A stretch of DNA of 64,000 nt from contig CALVAN010000006.1 of the NCBI GenBank assembly GCA_944325555.1, forward strand, positions 22,998 to 86,997, in the 5' to 3' direction. Positions within the stretch are counted from its first letter, which is position 1, and each line of letters opens with the position of its first letter. Shown here one piece after another: positions 1-8,060 of the stretch. Source of the stretch: Candidatus Gastranaerophilales bacterium. Lineage in GTDB: Bacteria; Cyanobacteriota; Vampirovibrionia; Gastranaerophilales; Gastranaerophilaceae. Position numbers and translations under genes: made by a program. Below the pieces are notes generated by a model. It did no database searches. It was not told the origin of the DNA and saw nothing but the letters and a program-made list of their open reading frames with translations.

Positions 1-810
1 GCAAAGCATTTTTGCCATATCTGCAACATGCTGAGAATGATTATTGTGATATTCACTCTTTGCATCCACAGCTTTAGCCAACATTTCTACAAAATTTTGC
101 TGTTCCGCACCAAGATCGCCTATTACAGCTGTCAATTCCGCACGATAATGCTGTAATTCAGTACTTGTTACTTCCGGGTCTTCCATTACTTTAGAAGTTT
201 CATCAGTAAGTTTTTGCAAAATCATTGAAATGGCAAAAAGTCGTGAAGTAACTTTTATGAGTGTTATAAATTCCTCAGATATAGTTTTCCCTTCTTGAGG
301 AAGCAGCATAATTACACCGGCATTCTCAGCACCATAGTGCATTGAGATATGAACAAGATTTGGATTGTCACAATCTATAACCTTATCAGGATCAACTGAT
401 GAGCCAACTAAAACCACACCTGTTGAATCATTTTCCATTCCCGTAGCATATTCATTTGCAAGAAAAATATGACACTCTTTTGCATCAATCATTTGAACAA
501 TAGTTTTTGCAATAGAATTATAAATTACATAATCTTCTTTATTGGTAAAGCCCAATACACTGAGAGTATTGTTTATTGAATAAATAGAAATAAGTTCTTT
601 TAATTGTTTTTTTAAACTTTCTGATTTATCTTTGGAATCATGTTGTCTTATCTTCTGAGCAAGTTCGTCGGATATCAAATGTTCTGTTAAAAAATCTCCC
701 AAATTAAGCGCAAAAATTTCCTCTAACGGATCATCCCCCAATAGCTCTGCACTTCTTGAAAAGACCGATACTCCGTTTTCTTCTGGTTTATTATAGTTCT
801 CTTTTGTCAT
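1..810 (-). CDS. GAF-like / HD-type (HD-GYP-like) signalling protein, N-terminal 270 codons; 3' end lies beyond the left edge
   Basis: My own minus-strand translation from the ATG at 808-810 stays open to base 1 (MTKENYNKPEENGVSVF...). The last residues AVDAKSEYHNNHSQHVADMAKML resemble the start of an HD/HD-GYP phosphohydrolase motif (aiDakd.yt.gHs.rVa). It is absent from the ORF track only because no stop codon lies in the window. Confidence 0.55.
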   Translation of the reverse strand, partial: MTKENYNKPEENGVSVFSRSAELLGDDPLEEIFALNLGDFLTEHLISDELAQKIRQHDSKDKSESLKKQLKELISIYSINNTLSVLGFTNKEDYVIYNSIAKTIVQMIDAKECHIFLANEYATGMENDSTGVVLVGSSVDPDKVIDCDNPNLVHISMHYGAENAGVIMLLPQEGKTISEEFITLIKVTSRLFAISMILQKLTDETSKVMEDPEVTSTELQHYRAELTAVIGDLGAEQQNFVEMLAKAVDAKSEYHNNHSQHVADMAKMLC

Positions 811-942
811 GGCTGAATCCTATTAACTTCCGTATATTTATTATCGGCATGACGGTAAAAAAACTTTATAGCAAAACATCAAAATTTATACTTTTGTTTA
901 AAAAACTTAATACTTTTATAAAAGCAATGCCATACATCCGTT

Positions 943-2013
943 TTAGTGAATATCTGACGTCTTTTGCTGCTGTTGCAGGGACAAATGCCCGTTACGGTAA
1001 CCTATACCCGCACGGTAAGCCGATACGGAATACAACATAGGCAAAACCGGACCTATCCATTTTAAACCCGAAACAAAACCGACAGAAGCCACATCATCCA
1101 AGTGCAAGCTTACATCGAGGGCTTCAGGGTGGCGTTCGGAATTCAAATTTTTAACCATTTCTTTAAATGTCTTATGTTCCGGCTTTTTGTTTTTGTCAAA
1201 CAACGGATTGATATAATTTTTACCTATAAAGTTGGCTATAGCATTACCAGCGACCAATCCGACGCCAAGAACACCTGTTAACATGGCAACAAATCTTGCG
1301 GTTTTTGATTTTACATTAAATGCATTCATTGTTAAAGCCCCAAGACCCGCACCGACATTACAAAGTGCAATGTTATTTAAGTATTGATATGTACCTTCTT
1401 TTACCTTGTCAGGAAACTGTTTTTTCCAATCGTCTTTAACAAGTTTGTCACCGACCACCCCGCCGGCGATACCGCCTAAAACTGGGATGAGCCCGAGCCA
1501 TGATAATTTTAAAAGATCTGCAAACGGAGCTTCACTTTCAGCATCAGGGATAACTTTTGAAATGAGTTTGTCGTCTTTAAATTTTTCTTTAAACTCTTTC
1601 ATAAGTTCTTTGACTTCATTAAATTTAAGAACCTTGTCATCATTAACCTTTTCTACCAGTTGTTTTGCTTTTTTAGATACAGGCTTAGTAAGAACCTGTG
1701 CAATACCTTCTTTATCGCTTTCGGGAAGCTCTATTATACCTTCAAAAATTTCTTTTCCCTTTATTTTCAAACCTCTTGTTGCAAGCAAAGCTGAAGCAAC
1801 CGTAAAGCCGAGCACAGATGCATTTTTAACCGCACGTCTTTTTCGTTGTTCCTTTGGTGTACGCATAGTATCATATATTCCATAACCTGCGGCCGTGCCC
1901 GTCAATACAGCAGGCATAACATTATAAAGTTTTTCTACAAGTGCAGGCTGATCGAGATATTTGCCAAAAACTTTTGCATTGCTTTTTAAGCTTGAAACAG
2001 GTAATACAGGCAT
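943..2013 (-). CDS. Polytopic membrane protein of unknown function (paralog of 34723-35427)
   Basis: ORF track gives 943..2058, but that start is TTG. The in-frame ATG at 2013 has AAGGA 8 nt upstream. There are several hydrophobic segments. It shares LGG(I/V)..G(V/I), EG(T/V)(Y/F)Q(Y/F)(L/M)N and C-terminal DD...YRAG blocks with ORF 34723..35427. Confidence 0.6.
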   Translation of the reverse strand: MPVLPVSSLKSNAKVFGKYLDQPALVEKLYNVMPAVLTGTAAGYGIYDTMRTPKEQRKRRAVKNASVLGFTVASALLATRGLKIKGKEIFEGIIELPESDKEGIAQVLTKPVSKKAKQLVEKVNDDKVLKFNEVKELMKEFKEKFKDDKLISKVIPDAESEAPFADLLKLSWLGLIPVLGGIAGGVVGDKLVKDDWKKQFPDKVKEGTYQYLNNIALCNVGAGLGALTMNAFNVKSKTARFVAMLTGVLGVGLVAGNAIANFIGKNYINPLFDKNKKPEHKTFKEMVKNLNSERHPEALDVSLHLDDVASVGFVSGLKWIGPVLPMLYSVSAYRAGIGYRNGHLSLQQQQKTSDIH

Positions 2014-2123
2014 TTTACATATCCTTAAATTTTTATAATCGTACAAACATTCATGCAAATGATTTGCATTTGCATGTTTATTAAAACACTTTAAAATTAA
2101 TAATCAATAGGTAAAATGTTTTT

Positions 2124-2217
2124 GCGTGTTCGGAATCTGACCGGTATTGTTGGTTTTTTCACTATTTGTAAGATCCTGAGCTCGCTTTGCTCCTCAGGAT
2201 GACAGTTAATTTTATTG
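2124..2217 (-). repeat. Copy (inverted orientation) of a ~100-nt dispersed intergenic element (TGTCATCC-GAGGA-CAAAGCGAGC-CAGGATCTTAC-AATAGTGAAAAA...GATTC.GAACAC)
   Basis: The reverse complement of 2124-2217 aligns with 5569-5672 over its whole length, with a few substitutions and two short indels. It contains the internal inverted repeat ATCCTGAG/CTCAGGAT. Confidence 0.8.
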
Positions 2218-2430
2218 TTTTTTCGACGGGAATATTTTTTCATATTTACTAAACATAAAAGACAAATTTAGTTTACAAATTTTTACAATAATTTAGACAG
2301 GGAGCGTATTTGTACAAAAATTATTTTCGTATGATAATTATATTGATGGAAATAAACTAATCGTGATTTTTAAAATTTTAATCGTGAAATTATAACAAAA
2401 CAGGCATAAATTCAAAAGAAAGGTGAACAC

Positions 2431-4596
2431 ATGCTAAAAGAACAACTAGACAAAATTATGCGCCCGAAAGCAATTGCTGTTATCGGTGCATCAACAAAGG
2501 ACCATACCATCGGTTCCGACATTATGAAAAGATTAAAAGAATATAATTTTGCGGGTGATATTTATCCTGTTAACCCTAAAGGCGGAGAAATTCAAGGTTT
2601 TAAAGCTTACACAAGCGTTAAAGAAATTCCCGGCAATGTGGATTTAGCAATCATTGTTATTGCACAAAAATTTGTATTAAACGCAATCGACGAATGCCAC
2701 GAAAAAGGCATCAAAGGTATTTGTATCATTTCCGCAGGCTTCAAAGAAGCAGGCGAAGAAGGTGCACAAGCAGAAAGAGAACTCGTTGCAAAATTAAAAG
2801 AATACGGCATGAGATGCGTTGGTCCTAACTGCTTGGGTGTTGTTAACACAGCCCCCGACATCAGAATGGACGGCTGCTTTGCAGAATCTCTCCCTGAAAG
2901 AGGAAACATCGGTTTTGTTTCTCAATCAGGTGCTTTAGGCGGCGGTATTTTGAACATCTTAAAAGACCTCAACCTCGGTTTTGCTCAATTCATTTCTATC
3001 GGCAACCAGGCTGATGTTAATGCCGAAACTGCTATCGAATACTGGGAAAACGAAGACGATGTACAACAAATCCTGTTATACATGGAATCTATCCAAAACC
3101 CTGCTAACTTCAGAAAATTAGCTACAAGAATCACCAAGAAAAAACCTATCCTTGCTTTAAAAGCAGGACGTTCCGCTGCAGGTGCTTCAGCAGCATCTTC
3201 TCACACAGGTTCTTTAGCAGGTGCGGATAAAGCTGCTAACGCTTTATTGCAGCAGTCAGGTGTTATCAGAGAATACTCTTTGAAAAACCTTTTTGCTACA
3301 GCTAAAGTATTTGCTACTTCTCCGATACCGAAAGGTGACAGAGTAGCTATCATCACAAACTCAGGCGGTCCCGGTATCATGGCTACAGACGCTGTTTGCG
3401 AATACGGTATGCAAATGGCTAAGCTTTCTGACGCAACAAAAGAAAAATTAAGAAGCTTCTTACCTGCTGCAGCAAGTGTTAAAAACCCGGTAGATATGAT
3501 TGCATCAGCTCCTATCGAACACTACAAACAAACACTTGAAACAGTTATTGCCGACGAAAACGTGGATATGATCGGTGTTATTTACTTACCTTTCTTAGGT
3601 TTGAAAGACATTGACGTTGCTCAGGCATTAATGGAAATCAAAGCTAAATATCCTGAAAAACCAATCATCGGTATTTTCATGACTAAGAGCGAATTCTTCA
3701 CAAAACTTTCCAACATGGATGTTAACATGCCGTTCTTTATGTACGCTGAAGAAGCTGCTGACGGATTTAACAGACTTAACCAGCAGAGAAAATGGATGGA
3801 AAGACCCGAAGGCAAAATTCCTGTATTTGATGTTGACAAAGCTAAAGCTGAAAAAATTATCAAAGCTGCAGTTGCTGACGGACGTGCTCAATTAACAACG
3901 CTCGAATCCATCGACGTATTGAACGCATACGGTATCAGAGCTTGCAAATACGGTCTTGCAACTAATGAAGAAGAAGTTGTAAGCCTCGGCAACTCTATAG
4001 GTTACCCTGTTGTTATGAAAATGACTTCCAAAACAACATCTCACAAAACAGATGTCGGCGGTGTAAGAGTAAACATCCAGTCAGAAGAACAATTAAGAGC
4101 CGAATACAAAGACTTAATCGCAAAATTAACGGAAAAAGGTCTTATTGACGGTCTTGAAGGTGTAATCATTCAGGAAATGGTTAAAGGCAACCGTGAAATG
4201 GTTTGCGGTATTGCTACAGACCCGCAATACGGCCCGATGATGATGTTCGGTTTAGGCGGCGTATTCATTGAAACTATGAAAGACGTTACTTTCAGAATCG
4301 CTCCGTTAACAGACATAGACGCTGACGAAATGATTAAGTCAGTTAAAGCTTATGAACTTCTGAAAGGTGCAAGAGGCACTAAACCTGCAGATATTGCACA
4401 AATTCAGGAAACTCTTCTCAGATTGTCACAAATGGTTAATGACTTCAAATTCATTGATGAGCTGGATATCAACCCGCTGCTTATCTCTGAAAAAACAGGC
4501 GAAGGCATTGCCGTTGACGGACGTATCAAAGTAAGAGTTGAAGAAGTTAAAGAATACTTCGGCTGCGGAAGCGAATGCTGTTCTTGCAGCAAGTAA
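2431..4596 (+). CDS. Acetate--CoA ligase (ADP-forming) / acetyl-CoA synthetase, fused CoA-binding + CoA-ligase + ATP-grasp type
   Basis: 721-aa ORF. N-terminal CoA-binding Rossmann (IAVIGAS...GSDIMKRL), succinyl-CoA-synthetase-like middle (SQSGALGGGIL, HTGSLAG) and C-terminal ATP-grasp (GYPVVMK...SKTTSHKTDVGGV). GAAAGG RBS region lies upstream. Confidence 0.9.
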   Translation: MLKEQLDKIMRPKAIAVIGASTKDHTIGSDIMKRLKEYNFAGDIYPVNPKGGEIQGFKAYTSVKEIPGNVDLAIIVIAQKFVLNAIDECHEKGIKGICIISAGFKEAGEEGAQAERELVAKLKEYGMRCVGPNCLGVVNTAPDIRMDGCFAESLPERGNIGFVSQSGALGGGILNILKDLNLGFAQFISIGNQADVNAETAIEYWENEDDVQQILLYMESIQNPANFRKLATRITKKKPILALKAGRSAAGASAASSHTGSLAGADKAANALLQQSGVIREYSLKNLFATAKVFATSPIPKGDRVAIITNSGGPGIMATDAVCEYGMQMAKLSDATKEKLRSFLPAAASVKNPVDMIASAPIEHYKQTLETVIADENVDMIGVIYLPFLGLKDIDVAQALMEIKAKYPEKPIIGIFMTKSEFFTKLSNMDVNMPFFMYAEEAADGFNRLNQQRKWMERPEGKIPVFDVDKAKAEKIIKAAVADGRAQLTTLESIDVLNAYGIRACKYGLATNEEEVVSLGNSIGYPVVMKMTSKTTSHKTDVGGVRVNIQSEEQLRAEYKDLIAKLTEKGLIDGLEGVIIQEMVKGNREMVCGIATDPQYGPMMMFGLGGVFIETMKDVTFRIAPLTDIDADEMIKSVKAYELLKGARGTKPADIAQIQETLLRLSQMVNDFKFIDELDINPLLISEKTGEGIAVDGRIKVRVEEVKEYFGCGSECCSCSK

Positions 4597-4617
4597 TAAC
4601 AATTACTGAAAACAAAA

Positions 4618-4644
4618 CCCCTCACAATATTGTGAGGGGTTTTT
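4618..4644. terminator. Rho-independent terminator between convergent genes (bidirectional candidate)
   Basis: CCCCTCACA-ATAT-TGTGAGGGG perfect 9-bp stem followed by TTTTT, with an A-run on the other side. It lies 22 nt after the acs stop. Confidence 0.75.
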
Positions 4645-4675
4645 CCATAAACTTTTTTATTGTACTTTAAAACTC

Positions 4676-5296
4676 TTATGACTCTTTTAAATGTTTAAAA
4701 TGTTTGTAAAGATAAGCCACACCGAGTACAAAGCATACCGAAACTATAGCAATATCAAACTTGTGCCAGATGTGCTTGAAAGCTTCGAGATTCTGTCCCA
4801 TTTTTACCCCGACAAATACAAGGAAATAGCTCCATACAAGCGAGCCTAAAAACGTTAATGTAAAAAATATACGCTTTTTTGCTCTCAATATCCCGGCGGG
4901 GAAAGAAATAAAGGTTCTTACCACAGGCAGCATCCTGCATATAAAAAACGCCCAGTCGCCGTATTTTTGCACCCATTTGTCAGCATCTTCAAGATCCTTT
5001 TTGCTGATTAAAAACCATTTGCCGTATTTTTCAACAAACGGACGTCCGCCGAAATATCCAAGATAATATGAAGGTATAGACCCGAGCACACACCCCAAAG
5101 CCCCTGCAAAAGCGGCAACGTGAATACTAAACACACCTTTTGTGACCATATATCCGGCAAAAGGCAGTATTGCTTCACTCGGCAAAGGTATGTTACATGA
5201 CTCAATCGCCATAAGAAGCATAATACCCCAGGCGCCCGTTTTTGCAATAACTCCTTCAATAAAAGCAATCAAATGTCCCAAAATCATATCCAACAT
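4676..5296 (-). CDS. dedA: DedA family (SNARE-associated) membrane protein
   Basis: 206-aa ORF with the typical DedA layout: ...ESCNIPLPSE.ILPFAGYMV..G...GRPFVEKYGKW...D.ADKW..KYG.W..F..R.LP.VRTFIS.PAG. Confidence 0.85.
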   Translation of the reverse strand: MLDMILGHLIAFIEGVIAKTGAWGIMLLMAIESCNIPLPSEAILPFAGYMVTKGVFSIHVAAFAGALGCVLGSIPSYYLGYFGGRPFVEKYGKWFLISKKDLEDADKWVQKYGDWAFFICRMLPVVRTFISFPAGILRAKKRIFFTLTFLGSLVWSYFLVFVGVKMGQNLEAFKHIWHKFDIAIVSVCFVLGVAYLYKHFKHLKES

Positions 5297-5350
5297 AAGT
5301 TCTATCCCTTATACTTAATAAATTTCATTTATCTTTAATTTTATCAGAAA

Positions 5351-5525
5351 AAAAACAAAGTGTGTGAAAACCTTAACGGCTTGACGAAGGTCAAGGCGGT
5401 AAGGTTGCAACTGTCCTATACCGGCGTTGTTGCGGGAAAATTTTTTCCGCAACGAACAAATTTCTGAAAGAAATTTGACAGCCGGAAAAACAAAGTGTGT
5501 GAAAACCTTAACGGCTTGACGAAGG
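5351..5525 (+). repeat. Two identical 40-nt direct repeats (5351-5390 and 5486-5525)
   Basis: AAAAACAAAGTGTGTGAAAACCTTAACGGCTTGACGAAGG is read identically at both positions. The 95-nt spacer contains the hairpin GTTGCGG..CCGCAAC (5429-5453). Confidence 0.9.
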
Positions 5526-5568
5526 GCAGGGGGTGAGGGTTGACAAGGATAAAATGCTGCAAAAAAAC

Positions 5569-5672
5569 AATAAAATAGGTTGTCATCCAGAGGAACGAGC
5601 AAAGCGAGCGAGCACAGGATCTTACCAATAGTGAAAAACAACCAAGAACGCCGGAAAGATTCTGAACACACA
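5569..5672 (+). repeat. Copy (forward orientation) of the ~100-nt TGTCATCC...CAGGATCTTAC element
   Basis: Matches the reverse complement of 2124-2217. A partial third copy lies at 53947-53992. Confidence 0.8.
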
Positions 5673-5733
5673 CGATTGAAAAAAACTTCAATGTTTGACG
5701 CTTCAGAATGACAATACATTTTTTGCCTGCGGA
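5659..5733 (+). repeat. 75-nt direct repeat, copy a (partner 6035-6109)
   Basis: ATTCTGAACACACACGATTGAAAAAAACTTCAATGTTTGACGCTTCAGAATGACAATACATTTTTTGCCTGCGGA has two mismatches to copy b. It folds as a nested hairpin (ATTCTGAA/TTCAGAAT enclosing ATTGAA/TTCAAT). It is the source of the duplicated spurious peptide MYCHSEASNIEVFFNR. Confidence 0.9.
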
Positions 5734-5744
5734 TGACGGTATGT

Positions 5745-5975
5745 TAACGGCAGACTAAAGTCTGCCCTACTGAACTGCGTAAGCAGTAAAGCGGCTCTGC
5801 CGCAGGAATACGACTAAACACTGTTGATTTTTAGAGTAAATTTTGACAGACCACAACGCAGTGAAGTGGATGCAAAATTTATTCTAAAAATTTACAGTGT
5901 TTTTTGATTAGCGTTCTTTTCTTTCTTTTGGTTCATTTTCTTTCTTTTAATCGCAAAAAAGAAAGAAAATGAACA
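5745..5975. repeat. Composite hairpin-rich intergenic element, copy A (copy B at 23478-23900)
   Basis: The modules occur in the same order as in copy B. GGCAGAC-TAAA-GTCTGCC (5749-5766); ACTGC-GTAA-GCAGT (5774-5787); GCCGCAGGA; a long hairpin with arms 5819-5844/5874-5899; and a perfect 18-bp hairpin 5931-5948/5957-5974. Confidence 0.7.
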
Positions 5976-6034
5976 AATAAAAAACAAAATCCTGAATCCA
6001 AAAGCAGCAAAATACATCAAACTACGCAGGTAAA

Positions 6035-6109
6035 ATTCTGAACACAAACGATTGAAAAAAACTTCAATGTTTGACGCTTCAGAATGACAATACAATTTTT
6101 GCCTGCGGA
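6035..6109 (+). repeat. 75-nt direct repeat, copy b (partner 5659-5733)
   Basis: Differs from copy a at two positions. It is followed by GGTAGCCTAAAGCCTACC (6123-6140), a variant of the TAAA-loop hairpin. Confidence 0.9.
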
Positions 6110-6288
6110 AGGCGACTATTCAGGTAGCCTAAAGCCTACCTGCGGACAGTGAAAATATTTTTGAGTTATATAAAAGTATTAGTTTATATTTATAAAACAC
6201 TGCTTTTCTGCAATGTGTAAATTATGTTTGCAGTACAAAATATACGTAAAACATTTTCGTTTTATTACTCAACAAAAAAGGAGTCTGT

Positions 6289-6741
6289 ATGAAATATTTA
6301 ATAAGAAAACCCGATACATTTATGAATACGCTAAATGAAGAAATAAATTCAATACTTCGACGCAGTTTTGATTCCGTATTTCCTGAATATGTACTTGAAA
6401 AAGAAACAAAAGGTTTGACCATACCTGTTGATATAAAAGAATTTGACAACGAATACAGAATCCGTGTAGAAGTCCCCGGCATAAAAAAAGAAGACATTGA
6501 TATCGAATTAAACAAATCCTATATGACTATCTCAGCAAAAAAACAAGAAGAGAAGGAAGAAAAATCAAAAAAATACCACAAAACAGAATTTGCCTACGGG
6601 GATTATTGCAGAACCATATATTTCCCGCAGGAAATCAATATCTCAGAAGCTCAGGCACATTTGGACAACGGCATTCTGCGTCTTGACCTGCCTAAATTAA
6701 AATCAGCAACTGAAGAAACAAAAAAGCTGGAAGTAAAATAA
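6289..6741 (+). CDS. hsp20: Hsp20/alpha-crystallin family small heat-shock protein
   Basis: 150-aa ORF with the alpha-crystallin core (EYRIRVEVPGIKKEDIDIEL....MTISAKK...AHLDNGILRLDLPK). AAAGGAG RBS lies 7 nt upstream. Confidence 0.9.
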   Translation: MKYLIRKPDTFMNTLNEEINSILRRSFDSVFPEYVLEKETKGLTIPVDIKEFDNEYRIRVEVPGIKKEDIDIELNKSYMTISAKKQEEKEEKSKKYHKTEFAYGDYCRTIYFPQEINISEAQAHLDNGILRLDLPKLKSATEETKKLEVK

Positions 6742-6751
6742 TCTTTTTTAT

Positions 6752-6785
6752 AACCCGCTTCTTCGCAAGCAAAAAGCGGGTTTTT
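6752..6785 (+). terminator. Rho-independent terminator after hsp20
   Basis: AACCCGCTT...AAGCGGGTT 9-bp stem followed by TTTTT. Confidence 0.7.
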
Positions 6786-6805
6786 AAAGCAAAGAAAGGT
6801 ACAAA

Positions 6806-7054
6806 ATGACAACAATTATAGGTATAAAAATCAACAACCGGCTCGAAACAGCCGTTTCCGTACAGGAAATTTTGACAAAATACGGCTGTATCATAAAAAC
6901 AAGAATAGGGCTGCATGAAGAAATCAACGGCAAATGTTCGCCCAAAGGGTTAATACTGCTTGAAATTATAGATGATAAAGCAGCCGTTGATATCGCAAAC
7001 GAGCTGTGCGATATAGATGATATCGAAATACAACAAATGCGTTTTACTTATTAG
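6806..7054 (+). CDS. Small ACT-like protein resembling the TM1266-type 'iron-only hydrogenase system regulator' family
   Basis: 82 aa. The pattern I.GI.I..R...A..V..IL..YG.II..R.G.H......SP.G.I.LE......A...A..L..I..I is as I remember it for the TM1266 family. Assigned from memory of the family, not from a search. Confidence 0.5.
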   Translation: MTTIIGIKINNRLETAVSVQEILTKYGCIIKTRIGLHEEINGKCSPKGLILLEIIDDKAAVDIANELCDIDDIEIQQMRFTY

Positions 7055-8060
7055 TTTCGGATAAACCGGCATTATCCATCATACTCAAAAGATTTTTAAA
7101 AGTTTTTTGAGCGGATGAACGGTGGAAACTCAATATACCGGAAGAAACCCTGAACACCGGTGAAGTTCTTTGCATTCTGATATCAAAATCAGCCTGTGAA
7201 ATTTTTCCTTCATCAAGTTTCTTCTGGTATTTCTTTTTGGTTGTAATTATATTTAAATGCGGTAAGAAATAACCGAGAGTAGCTGCCATAAATGCAATGC
7301 CGCCAAGTTTTACATAAGCATGCGCTTTTTTGGCAAAATTAAGAAGGTTGTTGTCTTTCGGCACTTTTTTCAAAGCGTTTTCAAGATTTTGGAAGCCTTC
7401 GGTATTATTGACTTTTGCTTCTTTAATAGCATCTAAAATACCTTTGTTATCTTTTTTGTCGGTAACAGCCTTCAACATATCAGATAAGCCCAATTTGTTG
7501 AATACTTTTTCCAATTTACCGCCGTGTTTGTCTACCGTTTCCGAAAAATTAACAAGCGGATTATCTAAATTGTTAAAATCAGAATACCAGTCTATTATCT
7601 GTTTTTGAGAAGCAAATGAAGAACTGAACACTTTACCCTGCTTACCAAATGTAAATTTAGGTTTGCCGGATTTGTCTTTACCTACTGAAATTATCGGGTC
7701 GTCAGCATTGCCCATTGCGGATATCGGTACACCTGATTTCTTAGTGACAGCATAAGCAACAGCTTTATTAATTATAGGCGCACCTGCAACCGAAAGTGCT
7801 ACAGCAGGTACGTCACGTGTAACAACTTCTCTTTTTTCATCGTTGCTGCGGGATTCAAAAAATCTTCCGCCCAACATAAACAATGTTGCAACGATAAAGA
7901 ACATGCTTCTTGTTAACGAACCGTTTGAATCCACATTACAAGCCTTGCCAAGTGCTTCAAAAGCACGATTTGCAGCACCGTTTCCAAAAGAAGGCTGGTT
8001 ATTGGTATTTTGTTTATAAGATGCACGGGGTGCAGCTGATGAATAACCGTTTATTTTCAT
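7044..8060 (-). CDS. Two-TM membrane protein of unknown function with N-terminal ..NNQPSFGNG motif
   Basis: 338-aa ORF. The ATG at 8060 directly abuts the stop of the upstream gene (8061-8063), and AAGGGGG lies 8 nt upstream. TM segments are near aa 50-75 and 250-275, flanking a K/N-rich soluble region. Confidence 0.7.
   Translation of the reverse strand: MKINGYSSAAPRASYKQNTNNQPSFGNGAANRAFEALGKACNVDSNGSLTRSMFFIVATLFMLGGRFFESRSNDEKREVVTRDVPAVALSVAGAPIINKAVAYAVTKKSGVPISAMGNADDPIISVGKDKSGKPKFTFGKQGKVFSSSFASQKQIIDWYSDFNNLDNPLVNFSETVDKHGGKLEKVFNKLGLSDMLKAVTDKKDNKGILDAIKEAKVNNTEGFQNLENALKKVPKDNNLLNFAKKAHAYVKLGGIAFMAATLGYFLPHLNIITTKKKYQKKLDEGKISQADFDIRMQRTSPVFRVSSGILSFHRSSAQKTFKNLLSMMDNAGLSETNK

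Noticed and set aside
756-1040. Track ORF (94 aa, TTG start) spanning the gap between the first two minus-strand genes
   Set aside because: It overlaps the 5' end of the GAF/HD gene and the 3' end of the 943-2013 gene on the opposite strand. It has a TTG start, no RBS, and an F/I/L/K-rich composition typical of antisense AT-rich DNA.
5351-5525. Possible mini-CRISPR array (identical 40-nt repeats)
   Set aside because: There are only two copies, the 95-nt spacer is far longer than CRISPR spacers, the repeat lacks CRISPR-like features, and there are no cas genes in the window.
5315-6095. Track ORFs 5315..5719, 5416..5691 and 5892..6095 (including duplicated MYCHSEASNIEVFFNR and LRQAVKVFTHFVF peptides)
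   Set aside because: Their apparent conservation comes from nucleotide repeats (the 40-nt and 75-nt direct repeats). They have no RBS and junk composition, and the repeats end independently of the reading frames.
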